Shown here: positions 10,117-20,129 of the stretch, in pieces
How the letters are laid out: every line of letters begins with the position of its first letter
Numbering within the stretch: the stretch's first letter is position 1
NCBI GenBank assembly: GCA_963735805.1
Contig: CAVTMK010000002.1
Location: 160,001 to 224,000, forward strand
Reading direction: 5' to 3'
DNA length: 64,000 nt
DNA from: an uncultured Verrucomicrobiae bacterium
Lineage (GTDB): Bacteria > Verrucomicrobiota > Verrucomicrobiia > Chthoniobacterales > UBA10450
Translations under genes and position numbers: made by a program
Notes under the pieces: generated by a model
The model's database searches: none
Seen by the model: the letters and a program-made list of their open reading frames with translations, nothing else
Told to the model about the DNA's origin: nothing

Positions 10117-10326
10117 CGTTTTCAAAATTAGAGGTATGAATTACGAAGAATGGGAACGGCGAACATTCAAGATCAAACGTTCAATGGAAACTCCAGCGTG
10201 CAACAGGCGTTCACGAACTTCGTGTTTGTCCGTATCGCCTGAATCCTATCTAATCACCGCGATGCACCCAGGTGACGCCCCGTCTAGGCTACCCAAATAG
10301 CTTACGATAAAGAGCGGTAAACAGAC

Positions 10327-11184
10327 GTGGCGAAGAAAATCCTTTTAATCGGCGGAATCTGCCTGGCGCTGGGTGTTGGCGCCGTGGTGTGCTTGTTCGT
10401 TGCTTTTTTTGTGTCCATGGAAAGAGGCGAAAAACATCAGCGCCAGATACGAGAGGAGCAGCGCTCGGGGAAATGGGACTTTGGCGATCAGCCGGCACTT
10501 TTTGCTGTCGCGCAGGGCATCGTAAAAAACGATCAAGACGCAATCCGCGTGACAGCGAAGGCGCTTCCGGATTTGCAGACGCCCGGACGCGACGGCACGA
10601 CGTTGCTCTACTTCGCCGTGACGCAATCGTGGCAGCGCCCGGAATTAGTCGAGGCGGTTAGAACTTTGCTTTCGCTCGGCGCGAACCCGAACTACACCAA
10701 TGGCAAGCGAGACTCGTTCGCAATGGCCAACGCGGTGCATGGGTCGGTGCCCGTTCTTCGCGCGATGCTGGAGGCGGGTGGAAATCCGAACGCTCGCAAT
10801 GAGTTCGGTGAGCCGATGATTCTCAAGAACTGGTATCTGGGTTACTACCCGGGTCAGGCAAGGTCGCGACTTGATCTGCTTCTCGACCACGGTGCCGATA
10901 TCAATTCCGCGATGCCGCAGAGTGCGTCGGATTCCGCTGGTTACACGTTGCTGCTATACCGCACGAAAATGGGACTCGACGACAAGCTCGCTTATGCGGA
11001 CGCGCTGGCCCTGCTCGAGCGCGGAGCCGATCCCAATCGTGCGGCTGCCGACGGAATGACGTTTGGAAAGATGCTAACGGAACACCGGGCGCAATTCGGT
11101 CGAACGCGTAAACAACCGCCGGCGGAGTTCGCCGCGCTTTGGGACTGGGCCGAAAAACACGGGATCATCCAGCAAGGCCAGTAG
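10327..11184 (+). CDS. Membrane-anchored ankyrin repeat protein
   Basis: N-terminal TM; LLSLGANPN, MLEAGGNPN, LLDHGADIN, LLERGADPN. Confidence 0.8.
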   Translation: MAKKILLIGGICLALGVGAVVCLFVAFFVSMERGEKHQRQIREEQRSGKWDFGDQPALFAVAQGIVKNDQDAIRVTAKALPDLQTPGRDGTTLLYFAVTQSWQRPELVEAVRTLLSLGANPNYTNGKRDSFAMANAVHGSVPVLRAMLEAGGNPNARNEFGEPMILKNWYLGYYPGQARSRLDLLLDHGADINSAMPQSASDSAGYTLLLYRTKMGLDDKLAYADALALLERGADPNRAAADGMTFGKMLTEHRAQFGRTRKQPPAEFAALWDWAEKHGIIQQGQ

Positions 11185-11457
11185 GTCGAGAGTCCCAACG
11201 GCTAGGTTGGAACTTGTTCGTTGCCGGCACTCTCAAAACCGCCCTAGCTCTGAGATTTTACCAAAATGGTTGCGTTCACTAATTCTCGAACGGAGCAGTT
11301 GTTCACTCGAAGCTTATTGTCTTGACGGTCAATCCGACGGACACCACGCTCCCGGCATCGACACGCGCGTTGAAGCGCTGACTTCGATGTAGCTCGCCCT
11401 GAAAGGGCTTTCTGGTTCGAGACGAGCTGCCCAAAACTCAACCGGAAAAAAGTTATT

Positions 11458-11931
11458 ATGAAATTATTCACGCCACTTCTGGTAATCACAATCCTCGCGC
11501 TCGCGGTCGCGCCTTGCGCGCAGGCTCAGGAAAAATCCGCCGACTCGAGCGTAATCACGGCCAAGCTCAAGCAGATGGAAGACACGTGGGCCAAGGCACT
11601 GTTAAACAAGGATCACGCCGCGGTCGGAAACATGGTCGCGGACGATTTTGCCGGATTTAACTCCAAAGGGGAACATCGGACCAAGTCCCAGCTCGTCGAT
11701 GAAATGAAAAACGAAACCAACACCTTGAGCTCATCGGCGAACGACAAAATGGACGTTCACGTCTACGCGCCGAACCTGGCCACCGTCTGCGGCACCTCAA
11801 CGGAAAAGGGCAAGGATAAGGATGGTAAAGAGTTTAGCCATAGCTACGCGTGGGTGGATACTTGGATGGAACGCAATGGCAAATGGGAGTGCATCGCCGA
11901 GGCTGTCATGCAGTTCCCGGAAAAGAAGTAA
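11458..11931 (+). CDS. Secreted NTF2-like (DUF4440) protein
   Basis: Signal peptide; VADDF, WVDTWMERNGKWECIA. Confidence 0.8.
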   Translation: MKLFTPLLVITILALAVAPCAQAQEKSADSSVITAKLKQMEDTWAKALLNKDHAAVGNMVADDFAGFNSKGEHRTKSQLVDEMKNETNTLSSSANDKMDVHVYAPNLATVCGTSTEKGKDKDGKEFSHSYAWVDTWMERNGKWECIAEAVMQFPEKK

Positions 11932-11967
11932 CGGGAAACGCCGTCTTCCGGAATGGATTGACGCCTA

Positions 11968-12465
11968 TTGAAGAAAATGCTCACACCGCGACAGGTGAAA
12001 GCGAATCGTACTATCCTGGTGGCTCTGTTGCTGTTGATAACAGCAACAGCAACTTTTGCTGCCAATGCGCTGATGGGTACTTGGAAGCTCAATGAAGGCA
12101 AATCGAAGTTCGCTCCAGGCGCAACGAAAAATACTACGGTCACCTACGCCCCAGCCAAAGGTGACATGATAAAGTGCACGGTGGATGGGGTGGATAAGGA
12201 TGGTAAACCCATCCACTGGACTTGGGTGGGGAAATTCGATGGCAAGCCATACCAAATGAAGGGCAGTCCATCCTTCGACACGCTGACCTATAAGCCAGTG
12301 AATGGTCGCACCAATAAAACGACGGCCACTAAAGCCGGCAAGGTAGTGATGACAGGCATGATCACTGTGGCGAAAGATGGGAAGTCGCGCGTGGTCACGC
12401 TCATGGGGACGGGTGCGAACGGACAGAAGTTCACTGATACCACTTACTACGACAAGCAGCAGTAG
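11968..12465 (+). CDS. Secreted hypothetical protein (lipocalin-like beta-barrel)
   Basis: Signal peptide; GTWKLNEGKSKF motif, GKFDGKPY. Start uncertain. Confidence 0.7.
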   Translation: MKKMLTPRQVKANRTILVALLLLITATATFAANALMGTWKLNEGKSKFAPGATKNTTVTYAPAKGDMIKCTVDGVDKDGKPIHWTWVGKFDGKPYQMKGSPSFDTLTYKPVNGRTNKTTATKAGKVVMTGMITVAKDGKSRVVTLMGTGANGQKFTDTTYYDKQQ

Positions 12466-12559
12466 AGCGCGAGTGTCGCGGATTTCGTTCGCGTCCAAAC
12501 TCCAAAAGTCTTGGCCACTCGCCGCCGCGAGTAAACCAGCTTTAGGCAGGCTGAAGCAC

Positions 12560-12592
12560 GCCGCAGTCGGCGACCCGCCCAAGGCGGGCTAC
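12560..12592 (-). repeat. REP-like family A variant
   Basis: gccgcagtcggcgacccgcccaaggcgggctac between convergent genes. Confidence 0.6.
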
Positions 12593-12594
12593 GG

Positions 12595-12888
12595 TTATTT
12601 GATTTTCGCGAGAATGCCTTCCATCTCGTCCCTGCGGAAGGCGCGCATTGTCTGGGTCTTGACGCTTCCCATCGAACTTACTTTAAGCGCGAAGGCAGTC
12701 ATGGTCTCGTCATTGGGTGCGTCGAGCAGCACTACCACATCGTACGCGCCCATCGTCCAGAACGGTTCGATTATCTTCATGCCCATTTTCTCGGCCTCGG
12801 TCATCGCAGCCTCGTGTCGCCTGAGTGTGTCCTTGATGTTGTGGATGCCCTGGTCGGTAAACTTAATAAGACTGACATACATAGCCAT
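12595..12888 (-). CDS. GYD domain protein
   Basis: FTDQGIHNIKDT, WTMGAYDVV, GSVKTQTMRAF; AAAGGAG RBS. Confidence 0.85.
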   Translation of the reverse strand: MAMYVSLIKFTDQGIHNIKDTLRRHEAAMTEAEKMGMKIIEPFWTMGAYDVVVLLDAPNDETMTAFALKVSSMGSVKTQTMRAFRRDEMEGILAKIK

Positions 12889-13006
12889 AGTGATCGCTCC
12901 TTTGGTTGAAGTGTAATTGAAGACTATTGCAGGTCCGGAGCTAGCCGAAAGCGGCTTATGATTTCGACCGAATGAGCGCTCTGCGCGCATCCCCGTATTC
13001 CGAAGC

Positions 13007-14050
13007 TCAACCGTTCTGGTGCCGGTGGCGGCGCAGCAATTGGCGCACTGCCCACACGATAAAAATCAATACCGCAACTGCGATGATTGCCAGCGTCACA
13101 AGATTGCGAATAGGATTGGTAAGAATGTAATTCGGGTGCCGCGCATAGAAGCCGTTGAAATGTTCAAAGTCTCCTGGCAGCGCTGTTAGATTTTCTCGTG
13201 TCAACTCGAGCCGGTGCTCATTTGGATGGTAGTGAGATCCAAAACGGTAGGGGTGTCCTGCGGTGTCCAATTCGATGTGTGCACCCAGGACATGAGTAAG
13301 CCGGCGCCACTTCAGAAAGTCTATAACGCGCAAGGCACTTTCGCGATACGCTGCGGCGTCTTCGATCAGCAATCGGCCCGGCAGCAGAAAATCTCCCGAA
13401 AAAAGAATCCCGGTTCGGCTGTCATAAAATGCCACGTGGGTCGCGTTGTGACCGGGTGTCGGAATTACGTCGATAATTCGGCCACCCAAATCCAGATGTG
13501 CAATTTCGTCAGGCCAATGAGTGAAACCGTAAAACGCTTTAACTCCCTCCAAATCTATGGGCACTATCTGAACCGATGGAAGAGATGCGAACTGAGGATC
13601 GCCGGCGCGATGATCCATATGCCTGTGGGTATGCGCCACAAGGAGTGGAAGTTTTTTGTGATCTTTTTCCGGCAATAGTTCCAGGACCGTTTTCGCCAGG
13701 GGCATCTCTTTCGGGTCCGCAACGTCGCCTGTATCGATTAGAAGAGCTTTATCGGAGCCGACGAGGAGATAGAGAAAATTCGCTTCGAAGCTTGCACATG
13801 GATTCTGGCGCAGAATAAGAGTTTGCGACTCGTAAGCATGAATTTGAAGGGGCGCTTGTGGCGTTGCTTTACAATCTGAAGCCCCTTCATTCCAGTGCAC
13901 GTCTAATGATCCAGGCGCAGGCTGAGACCGGGCCGACATCGCTGTGAACAGGGACGTCGACACCGCTATTCCGATCGCCACTTTCCAAGGCATACAAAGG
14001 TACAACAAAAAAGCGTTAGCAATTTGGCGCTTAACATTAAGCCAATTCAT
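13007..14050 (-). CDS. MBL-fold metallo-hydrolase, exported with C-terminal TM
   Basis: IDTG, HTHRHMDH, TPGH, FSGD, GAH. Start uncertain. Confidence 0.85.
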   Translation of the reverse strand: MNWLNVKRQIANAFLLYLCMPWKVAIGIAVSTSLFTAMSARSQPAPGSLDVHWNEGASDCKATPQAPLQIHAYESQTLILRQNPCASFEANFLYLLVGSDKALLIDTGDVADPKEMPLAKTVLELLPEKDHKKLPLLVAHTHRHMDHRAGDPQFASLPSVQIVPIDLEGVKAFYGFTHWPDEIAHLDLGGRIIDVIPTPGHNATHVAFYDSRTGILFSGDFLLPGRLLIEDAAAYRESALRVIDFLKWRRLTHVLGAHIELDTAGHPYRFGSHYHPNEHRLELTRENLTALPGDFEHFNGFYARHPNYILTNPIRNLVTLAIIAVAVLIFIVWAVRQLLRRHRHQNG

Positions 14051-14140
14051 ACAATCCGCCTTTTTATAGAGATGCCGACACCGGACCTATTGGATTCAAA
14101 ACATCTATCGCTTGTACGGCGTAAGGAGATAGGTTCGCGC

Positions 14141-14347
14141 CTACGCGCGGCGGAGAGAAACGTTAGTTGCTTTTACCAGCGCGAAGACTTTGTCGCCGGG
14201 CTTAAGTTTCAGTTCCTGGACCGAGCGCGTTGTAATGATCGACGCGATATCACCGATGCTCGTCTCGACGATTACTTCACTGATGACTTTGTCGGACACG
14301 ATGCTTTTCACGGTTCCCGGGAGCTGGTTTCGGGTGCTTTGTTCCAT
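14141..14347 (-). CDS. Mop/TOBE molybdate-binding protein
   Basis: STRNQLPGTV...SIITTRSVQELKLKPGDKVFALVKATNV. Confidence 0.9.
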   Translation of the reverse strand: MEQSTRNQLPGTVKSIVSDKVISEVIVETSIGDIASIITTRSVQELKLKPGDKVFALVKATNVSLRRA

Positions 14348-14476
14348 AACTGGTGAAGATAGCGCGAGCGAAGCCGGATGTCAGCGATGGGAGATTAGCG
14401 GTTGTGTTTAAAACGGGAGACGTGTGCGCGAGTTCCCTTGTGCAAGTCGGCACGGGCTGATAAAACAGCGGCCTAA

Positions 14477-15820
14477 ATGAAATTTGCCAGAACTTGTATT
14501 GCTCTAGCCACAGTCGTCTTGATCAATAGCGCGATGAAACCGCAGTCGGCGACAGGGACTACTACTGCTGACGCGACGCCGCAGCCTAACCAGTCAGAAA
14601 TTGGTTCGGCTAACCGGCTCTTTCAAGCGGGGAAGTTTGCTGAGGCCGGCAAGCTTTATTCGCAAATCGTTACTCAAAATCCCAAGGATTATTCGGCAAC
14701 CTTGCAGCTTGGTCGGATTGGATTGCTTTCCAATCATCTTGATGACGCGCAGAAATGGTTGGAAAAGGCCATAGCCCTGAAGCCAAGTGAGGTCGATCCA
14801 AAGGTGATGCTGGCCGAGGCGTTTTATCGACGGGACGATTTCCAAAAGGCAGTGGCTGCGTTGAACGGCGTCGACGTGAGCAATAACAAGCTGGTTACTG
14901 AGCAGTATCCGACACTGAATGCTGCGATGTTTGAGAGCTTCAAGGGCCAGACTCCATACGAATTACATGGGAACGGGACAATTACGCGTCTGAAGTTCGT
15001 GAGGACCGAGCCGTTGCCGGTGGTCAACGTGCGCGTAAACGGCGGCAAGGAAGTCACCTTCTTCATTGATACCGGCGGGTCGGAGGTTACGCTCGACACC
15101 GAGTTCGCAAAGGAGCTTGGCGTCCCTCAATTCGCTTCGGTTCGAGGCACCTTTTCCGGCGGGCAACACACCGAGGTTCAGCTTGGGCGGATTGAGTCAC
15201 TCACAGTCGGCGATTGGACAGTCAAAAATCTGCCTATAGCAATGCTTCCTCTGCGCCAACTTTCCGAAGGGTTGGGCGTGAAACAGATCAACGGAATCAT
15301 TGGGACCACTCTGTTTTACCATTTCCTGACGACCATGGATTATCCGCACGGCGAGCTTGTCCTGCGCCGGAAGGACGCCAGGAGTTTGGAAGAGTTTAAG
15401 GCAAGGTCTTCAGGCAAGAGAACCGTCGTTCCGATTTGGATGGCCAGCGATCATTTTATGGTGGGCTGGGGTCGCGTAGAAACGCTCCCACCAACGCTCC
15501 TGTTCGTTGACTCAGGGTTAGTGGGCGCGGGTGTTAAACTCGCGGAGTCAGTTATCAAGGAAGCCGGAATCAAGCTTCAGGAAAACAAAGCCACCGAAGG
15601 AGCCGGTGGCGGCGGGAAGCTGAAAATTGTGCCATACACCGTGCATCAACTTTCATTCGGAGACATAAGGGAAGAGAACGTTCCGGGTCTCTACGATGGA
15701 CCATTCCCGTGGGAAAACATGTTTGGCTTTCATCTTGCGGGCATGATCGGTCACGATTTCCTCAAACCCTACGCGGTGACCTTCGATTTTCAGAACATGC
15801 AGACTTTTCTGCAACGCTGA
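14477..15820 (+). CDS. Secreted TPR protein with double retropepsin-like aspartyl protease domains
   Basis: Signal peptide, TPRs, FFIDTGG and LFVDSGL motifs, GIIG and GMIG. Confidence 0.8.
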   Translation: MKFARTCIALATVVLINSAMKPQSATGTTTADATPQPNQSEIGSANRLFQAGKFAEAGKLYSQIVTQNPKDYSATLQLGRIGLLSNHLDDAQKWLEKAIALKPSEVDPKVMLAEAFYRRDDFQKAVAALNGVDVSNNKLVTEQYPTLNAAMFESFKGQTPYELHGNGTITRLKFVRTEPLPVVNVRVNGGKEVTFFIDTGGSEVTLDTEFAKELGVPQFASVRGTFSGGQHTEVQLGRIESLTVGDWTVKNLPIAMLPLRQLSEGLGVKQINGIIGTTLFYHFLTTMDYPHGELVLRRKDARSLEEFKARSSGKRTVVPIWMASDHFMVGWGRVETLPPTLLFVDSGLVGAGVKLAESVIKEAGIKLQENKATEGAGGGGKLKIVPYTVHQLSFGDIREENVPGLYDGPFPWENMFGFHLAGMIGHDFLKPYAVTFDFQNMQTFLQR

Positions 15821-15821
15821 T

Positions 15822-15845
15822 GCCGCGGTCGACGCCAGCTTCTAC
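15822..15845 (-). repeat. REP-like family A degenerate copy
   Basis: gccgcggtcgacgccagcttctac. Confidence 0.55.
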
Positions 15846-15864
15846 AGCTACCCTTAGCCTCGAT

Positions 15865-16818
15865 ATGGCTTTAGCTATTAGTAACGTCATGCATCTCGCT
15901 GGTCGAGCCTTGTTACTTGTTACTCTTGGTACCGGACTCCAAACGGTAGCCGCGGATCTTAAAGGAAACGGGGACTGCGGCCGGCTGGTCGACATCGGCG
16001 GTGGGCGCAAGATGTATCTGAAGTGTAACGGTGCGGGATCGCCCATTGTTGTGTTGGTAAGTGGCCTCAGAGCTTCCGCCGATGATTGGAGCATTGCGGA
16101 TACCGCACCTGATGTGTTCACTGAAGTTAGCAAGTTCACCCGGGTCTGTGCGTACGATCGCCCCGGGACACCGGTTGGTGAGAAGCCGAGCCGTAGCGAT
16201 TCGGTGCCGCAGCCGACCACAGCGAAGGATGCAGTTGCCGATTTGCATGGCCTGCTAAGTGCTAGCGGCGAGACGAGGCCTTATGTACTCGTCGGACATT
16301 CTTATGGCGGTTTAATTGTCAGGCTCTACGCGAGCACCTACCCGAAAGACGTAGCCGGTCTCATCCTTGTCGACGCGCTTACCGAAGGGCTTCAGGATGC
16401 AGAGACATCCGAACAATGGGTGATACAACGCAAGTTGATTGAAGGTGATGTGAGCGAAAGTGTGGCGCTGTATCCAGCTCTGGAAAGGATCGACACGGAC
16501 CGCAGCTTCGATCAGGTCCGCGCTGCTACGCCACTGCGTTCGATGCCTCTCGTGGTATTATCTGCGGATCGACTCTGGGGACCTCAGGTGCCGTCAATGA
16601 TTAAGCAAGGCAAGCTAGCGAAAGATGTTCCACCGGACTCCGGTTACATCACCGATGCAGCGCAGAAGAAGGCACAGGAACAGTTGGCCAAGCTTGTGCC
16701 GAACGCAAAGCACATCACCAAAACGAATAGCGGTCACGAGATACACAAGGAGCAGCCTCAACTTGTGACCGACGCGATCCGCGAGGTTGTCGAGGCGGTG
16801 CGCGGGAAGCGGGACTAG
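15865..16818 (+). CDS. Alpha/beta hydrolase
   Basis: VCAYDRPG, GHSYGG nucleophile motif, SGHEIH. Start 15865 or 15889. Confidence 0.85.
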   Translation: MALAISNVMHLAGRALLLVTLGTGLQTVAADLKGNGDCGRLVDIGGGRKMYLKCNGAGSPIVVLVSGLRASADDWSIADTAPDVFTEVSKFTRVCAYDRPGTPVGEKPSRSDSVPQPTTAKDAVADLHGLLSASGETRPYVLVGHSYGGLIVRLYASTYPKDVAGLILVDALTEGLQDAETSEQWVIQRKLIEGDVSESVALYPALERIDTDRSFDQVRAATPLRSMPLVVLSADRLWGPQVPSMIKQGKLAKDVPPDSGYITDAAQKKAQEQLAKLVPNAKHITKTNSGHEIHKEQPQLVTDAIREVVEAVRGKRD

Positions 16819-16822
16819 AAAT

Positions 16823-16846
16823 GCCGAAGTCGGTGCCAGCGGCTAC
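16823..16846 (-). repeat. REP-like family A copy
   Basis: gccgaagtcggtgccagcggctac. Confidence 0.65.
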
Positions 16847-16884
16847 TGCAGAAACCGGCGGCGATCCTTCAAGCGCGTTCCACA

Positions 16885-17739
16885 TTACAGGTAAGGCGCG
16901 TTAAACGTGTCGCCCTGGCTAAGATCGCCGGTCTCGTAACCGCGGCGAAACCAACGCGCGCGTTGTTCGGAGTTGCCGTGTGTAAATGAATCGGGCACAA
17001 CGTAACCGCGCGATCTGTATTGGAGTCTGTCGTCGCCAACCGCGCTGGCCGCGCGCATCGCTTCTTCGACATCGCCGGCTTCAACGACGCCCTTGACCCT
17101 GTCGGCATAACGCGCCCAAACGCCGGCCAGAAAATCGGCCTGCAACTCGAGCCGGACAGAGAGTCGGTTGTATTCAGATTCACTGACCCGACCGCGCATT
17201 GCCTGCACACGATCGGTAATACCGAGCAGATTCTGTACGTGATGGCCAACTTCGTGGGCTATCACGTAAGCCTGCGCGAAATCGCCTCCGGCGCCCAGGC
17301 GTTCCTGCAGTAAACGGTAAAAACCGAGATCGATGTAAACGCGTCGATCTTGCGGGCAATAAAACGGACCGCTCGCGCCACTGGCAAACCCGCAGCCCGA
17401 GCGAATCTGGTCGGTGAAGAGCACGAGCTTCGGTTCCTGATATTCCCGGCCCATTTGCTGGAATATCGCGTTCCAGGCGTCTTCGGTATCGGCAAGAACG
17501 ACAGCGACGAATTTCGACGCTCCATCCTGGATCCCCTGGCTGTCGATCTGCGCAGGTTGCGATAATTGTGCTCCCGGTTGCGAATTAAAGAGCTCCTGAG
17601 GATCGCCTCCGAGCAGTAGATAAATAATTACGAGAACGACGGTGCCAATTCCGCCGCCCACAACAAGGCGTCGGCCGCCTCCGCCGGATCCGCGAGCATC
17701 TTCGACGTTCTCGCTTTCTCGTCTTCCCTGCCAGAGCAT
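16885..17739 (-). CDS. ypfJ: Neutral zinc metallopeptidase (YpfJ family)
   Basis: GRRESENVED, GPFYCP, AHEVGHHVQ, ELQAD, PDSFTHG. Confidence 0.9.
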   Translation of the reverse strand: MLWQGRRESENVEDARGSGGGGRRLVVGGGIGTVVLVIIYLLLGGDPQELFNSQPGAQLSQPAQIDSQGIQDGASKFVAVVLADTEDAWNAIFQQMGREYQEPKLVLFTDQIRSGCGFASGASGPFYCPQDRRVYIDLGFYRLLQERLGAGGDFAQAYVIAHEVGHHVQNLLGITDRVQAMRGRVSESEYNRLSVRLELQADFLAGVWARYADRVKGVVEAGDVEEAMRAASAVGDDRLQYRSRGYVVPDSFTHGNSEQRARWFRRGYETGDLSQGDTFNAPYL

Positions 17740-17789
17740 TTCTTGCGTATCGTGGCGCGATACACCGGCGTTTACAATCTCAGAGTGAC

Positions 17790-17813
17790 GCCGCAGCCAA
17801 CGGCAGCGGCTAC
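17790..17813 (-). repeat. REP-like family A copy overlapping the lipid kinase stop codon
   Basis: gccgcagccaacggcagcggctac; CTA at 17810-17812 is the TAG stop. Confidence 0.75.
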
Positions 17814-18739
17814 AGGTTTTTGCGGTTGGCGTTAGCTAATAATGGACAGTCCGGCGGAGCAATCAGGCGAATCGCTCCTGGTACTGCTTCATATCGAACG
17901 TTTGAAAACTGCATCGGCTCGCCATCGAGATTGACTGGAATCGTTTCTTCGGGGTGGACTTCAACCCACGGCGTTTGCCAGTAGGAGATGTATTCGCCAT
18001 CCGGTGAAAGCTCCTGTAACTCTCGCGCGGCGGTGAGTAGCGCCATCGCCGGAATCTGGCGAACAACAAGAACATCGAGCAAGCCGTCATCAATGCGTGC
18101 GCGTGGAGCGACCTGGACGCCGCCGCCAGTCTGACGCCCGTTACCGACGATTGCCACGGGACCCCTGCCAATGATTTCGCGATTCGGTAGGGTTAATTTT
18201 CCGTGATAATGATGAACGTTCATCGCTAGAATTGTACCCATCACAGCGTACGCGGCGGGGCCAAGCAGTCGTTTGAGTTCAGGCGGAGTGTTCGCGGTCA
18301 CCGCAGCACCGAAGCCAACGCTGGCTGCGTTGAGGAACCAGTGCTCGTTTGCTTTACCAATGTCGATTGGTACAGACCGGCCTTCCAGACAGAGCGCCAG
18401 CGCCTCCTCCGGGTCACGCGGAATGCCGCACCCCGTGGCGAAGTCATTCGCTGTTCCCAGAGGGATCACTCCCAAAGCGGGCCGCGCAGCCCTGGAGAGA
18501 TCCATTAAACCGTGAACTACTTCGTTCAATGTACCGTCTCCACCGGCGGCAATCAGCAAATCCGCTTCGCCTGCTTCCGCCGCAAACCGCTTCGCGTCTC
18601 CCTTTTCTCGAGTCGCTCGCACCTTGATGCGATGGCCGGCTGCCCGCTGCTGCGCAATTGCGTTACGAAGCGCGTCATCGGTTGCCGCTTTACCATTGAG
18701 AATCAGTTGAACTTTTCTGTTTCTCGCCTTGGTAGCCAT
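17810..18739 (-). CDS. YegS/diacylglycerol kinase family lipid kinase
   Basis: GGDGTLNEVV, PLGTANDFA, GNGRQTGGG, NLDGE. Confidence 0.9.
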   Translation of the reverse strand: MATKARNRKVQLILNGKAATDDALRNAIAQQRAAGHRIKVRATREKGDAKRFAAEAGEADLLIAAGGDGTLNEVVHGLMDLSRAARPALGVIPLGTANDFATGCGIPRDPEEALALCLEGRSVPIDIGKANEHWFLNAASVGFGAAVTANTPPELKRLLGPAAYAVMGTILAMNVHHYHGKLTLPNREIIGRGPVAIVGNGRQTGGGVQVAPRARIDDGLLDVLVVRQIPAMALLTAARELQELSPDGEYISYWQTPWVEVHPEETIPVNLDGEPMQFSNVRYEAVPGAIRLIAPPDCPLLANANRKNL

Positions 18740-18928
18740 TTCGTGGTCCGAATCGCTGATCTCTTATCGTGCACTAGAAGAAATGTAGCCGTGGGACGCG
18801 AGAATTGCAGGCCACACCCGCATCCACAGGAGTGAAGCTAATCAGCGACGGAGACTACCGTTGTTCAAGAGTCTTGCTCTAAAAAGGTCTCGCACGATTA
18901 CATCGACAAGAGCACGATACGAAGACCT

Positions 18929-19078
18929 ATGAACTACAACCTCACAACAATCCTCGCTGCCATCGCGATTCTTTTCGTCCTGCTAACCTACATCACCGGC
19001 GCGCCGCTAGTGCCGGTGGCAGTCATTCTGCTTGGGCTGGCGATCATTTTCGGCGGGAGCACATTCCGCCGGGTCTAG
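18929..19078 (+). CDS. Small 49-aa two-helix membrane protein (absent from ORF track)
   Basis: MNYNLTTILAAIAILFVLLTYITGAPLVPVAVILLGLAIIFGGSTFRRV. Confidence 0.6.
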   Translation: MNYNLTTILAAIAILFVLLTYITGAPLVPVAVILLGLAIIFGGSTFRRV

Positions 19079-19124
19079 TTTATAGTAGGATAGAAATTGG
19101 GTCGCATCATTTGCGCGGATGTAG

Positions 19125-19763
19125 TTGATTCATTTCCAGGTGCGTAAGAAAAATCCCGATATTCACGCTCGTTCCCGAGTGTTGGTGCTGGTGGATGAAT
19201 CGAACGTCGGCAGTTCTGTGCGGACTGCGGGACGCGGGCTCGATTGGCTAAAGTTGCGGGAGTTTCTGGCCGGGCCAAACACGGAACGCGATCTGATCGA
19301 GATGGTGGTCTATGCCGGATTGCCGCCTGCCATCCCGACGTGGCAGGACGAGCGGGACAGAAAAAACAAGTTCGTACATTGGCTGCGTTCCAACGGATTC
19401 ATGGTCGTAACAAAAGATGGGGCTCCCGCCGAGGAAGGTCATTATAAGGCGAACGTGGATGTGATGATGGCGATCGACGCGCTGGAGCTTTCCATGGAGA
19501 TGCGGCCTGATGTGGTGATTCTCGTAACCGGTGACGCCGATTTTGCGTATCTCGCCGTCAAACTGCGCCGACACGGGATCCGCGTGGAAGTCGCGTCGGT
19601 TGCCGCAAATCTGGGGAACATGTTGAAATCAGCCGCAAATCACGTGATCGATCTGGCGCCGCTGTTTCGCACGTTCGAAATAAAAGTTCCGGATGCGCCG
19701 ACGCCGACGTCGGATCAAACACAACCGCAGCGCAGGCGTCGCCCCGGGTTTCGCCCGATTTGA
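19125..19763 (+). CDS. NYN (LabA/DUF88, PIN-like) domain protein
   Basis: VLVDESNV, KANVDVMMAID, LVTGDADF. Confidence 0.85.
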   Translation: MIHFQVRKKNPDIHARSRVLVLVDESNVGSSVRTAGRGLDWLKLREFLAGPNTERDLIEMVVYAGLPPAIPTWQDERDRKNKFVHWLRSNGFMVVTKDGAPAEEGHYKANVDVMMAIDALELSMEMRPDVVILVTGDADFAYLAVKLRRHGIRVEVASVAANLGNMLKSAANHVIDLAPLFRTFEIKVPDAPTPTSDQTQPQRRRRPGFRPI

Positions 19764-19838
19764 AATTCGAGTTTTGCATCCCGTCCTCGTGGAAACTAGA
19801 CGTGACGACACGGCGCGAATACGTGAGTCTTAGAACTT

Positions 19839-19943
19839 ATGGGACACAACAAAGGCAGAGACAACGTTAACAAACGCGCAAGGCGCCGTAAAAAGACTGA
19901 GCGCCTCGCCCTCGCGAAGAAGAAGACGAAGAAGTCGAAATAA
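19839..19943 (+). CDS. Small 34-aa highly basic peptide (absent from ORF track)
   Basis: MGHNKGRDNVNKRARRRKKTERLALAKKKTKKSK. Confidence 0.5.
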   Translation: MGHNKGRDNVNKRARRRKKTERLALAKKKTKKSK

Positions 19944-20027
19944 GACCGGTGGCGCTTTAGCGCGGCAGGCGGCGATTCTGCCGTTAACAGAGTTGCTAAT
20001 AAACTGGCGACGAAGGTTGCAGATCGG

Positions 20028-20051
20028 GGCGCAGGCAACGGCAGCGGCTAC
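20028..20051 (-). repeat. REP-like family A copy
   Basis: ggcgcaggcaacggcagcggctac. Confidence 0.6.
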
Positions 20052-20129
20052 AACGGAAGCTGTGGCGACGCTCCTGCGGAGCGCTCGGCCATCAGTTGCC
20101 TGTCATTACTCTCCGAGTTAGAGCATCCG

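Noticed and set aside
15709..15864. N-terminal extension of the alpha/beta hydrolase ORF
   Set aside because: Overlaps the upstream gene and runs through a REP; a later ATG is more plausible
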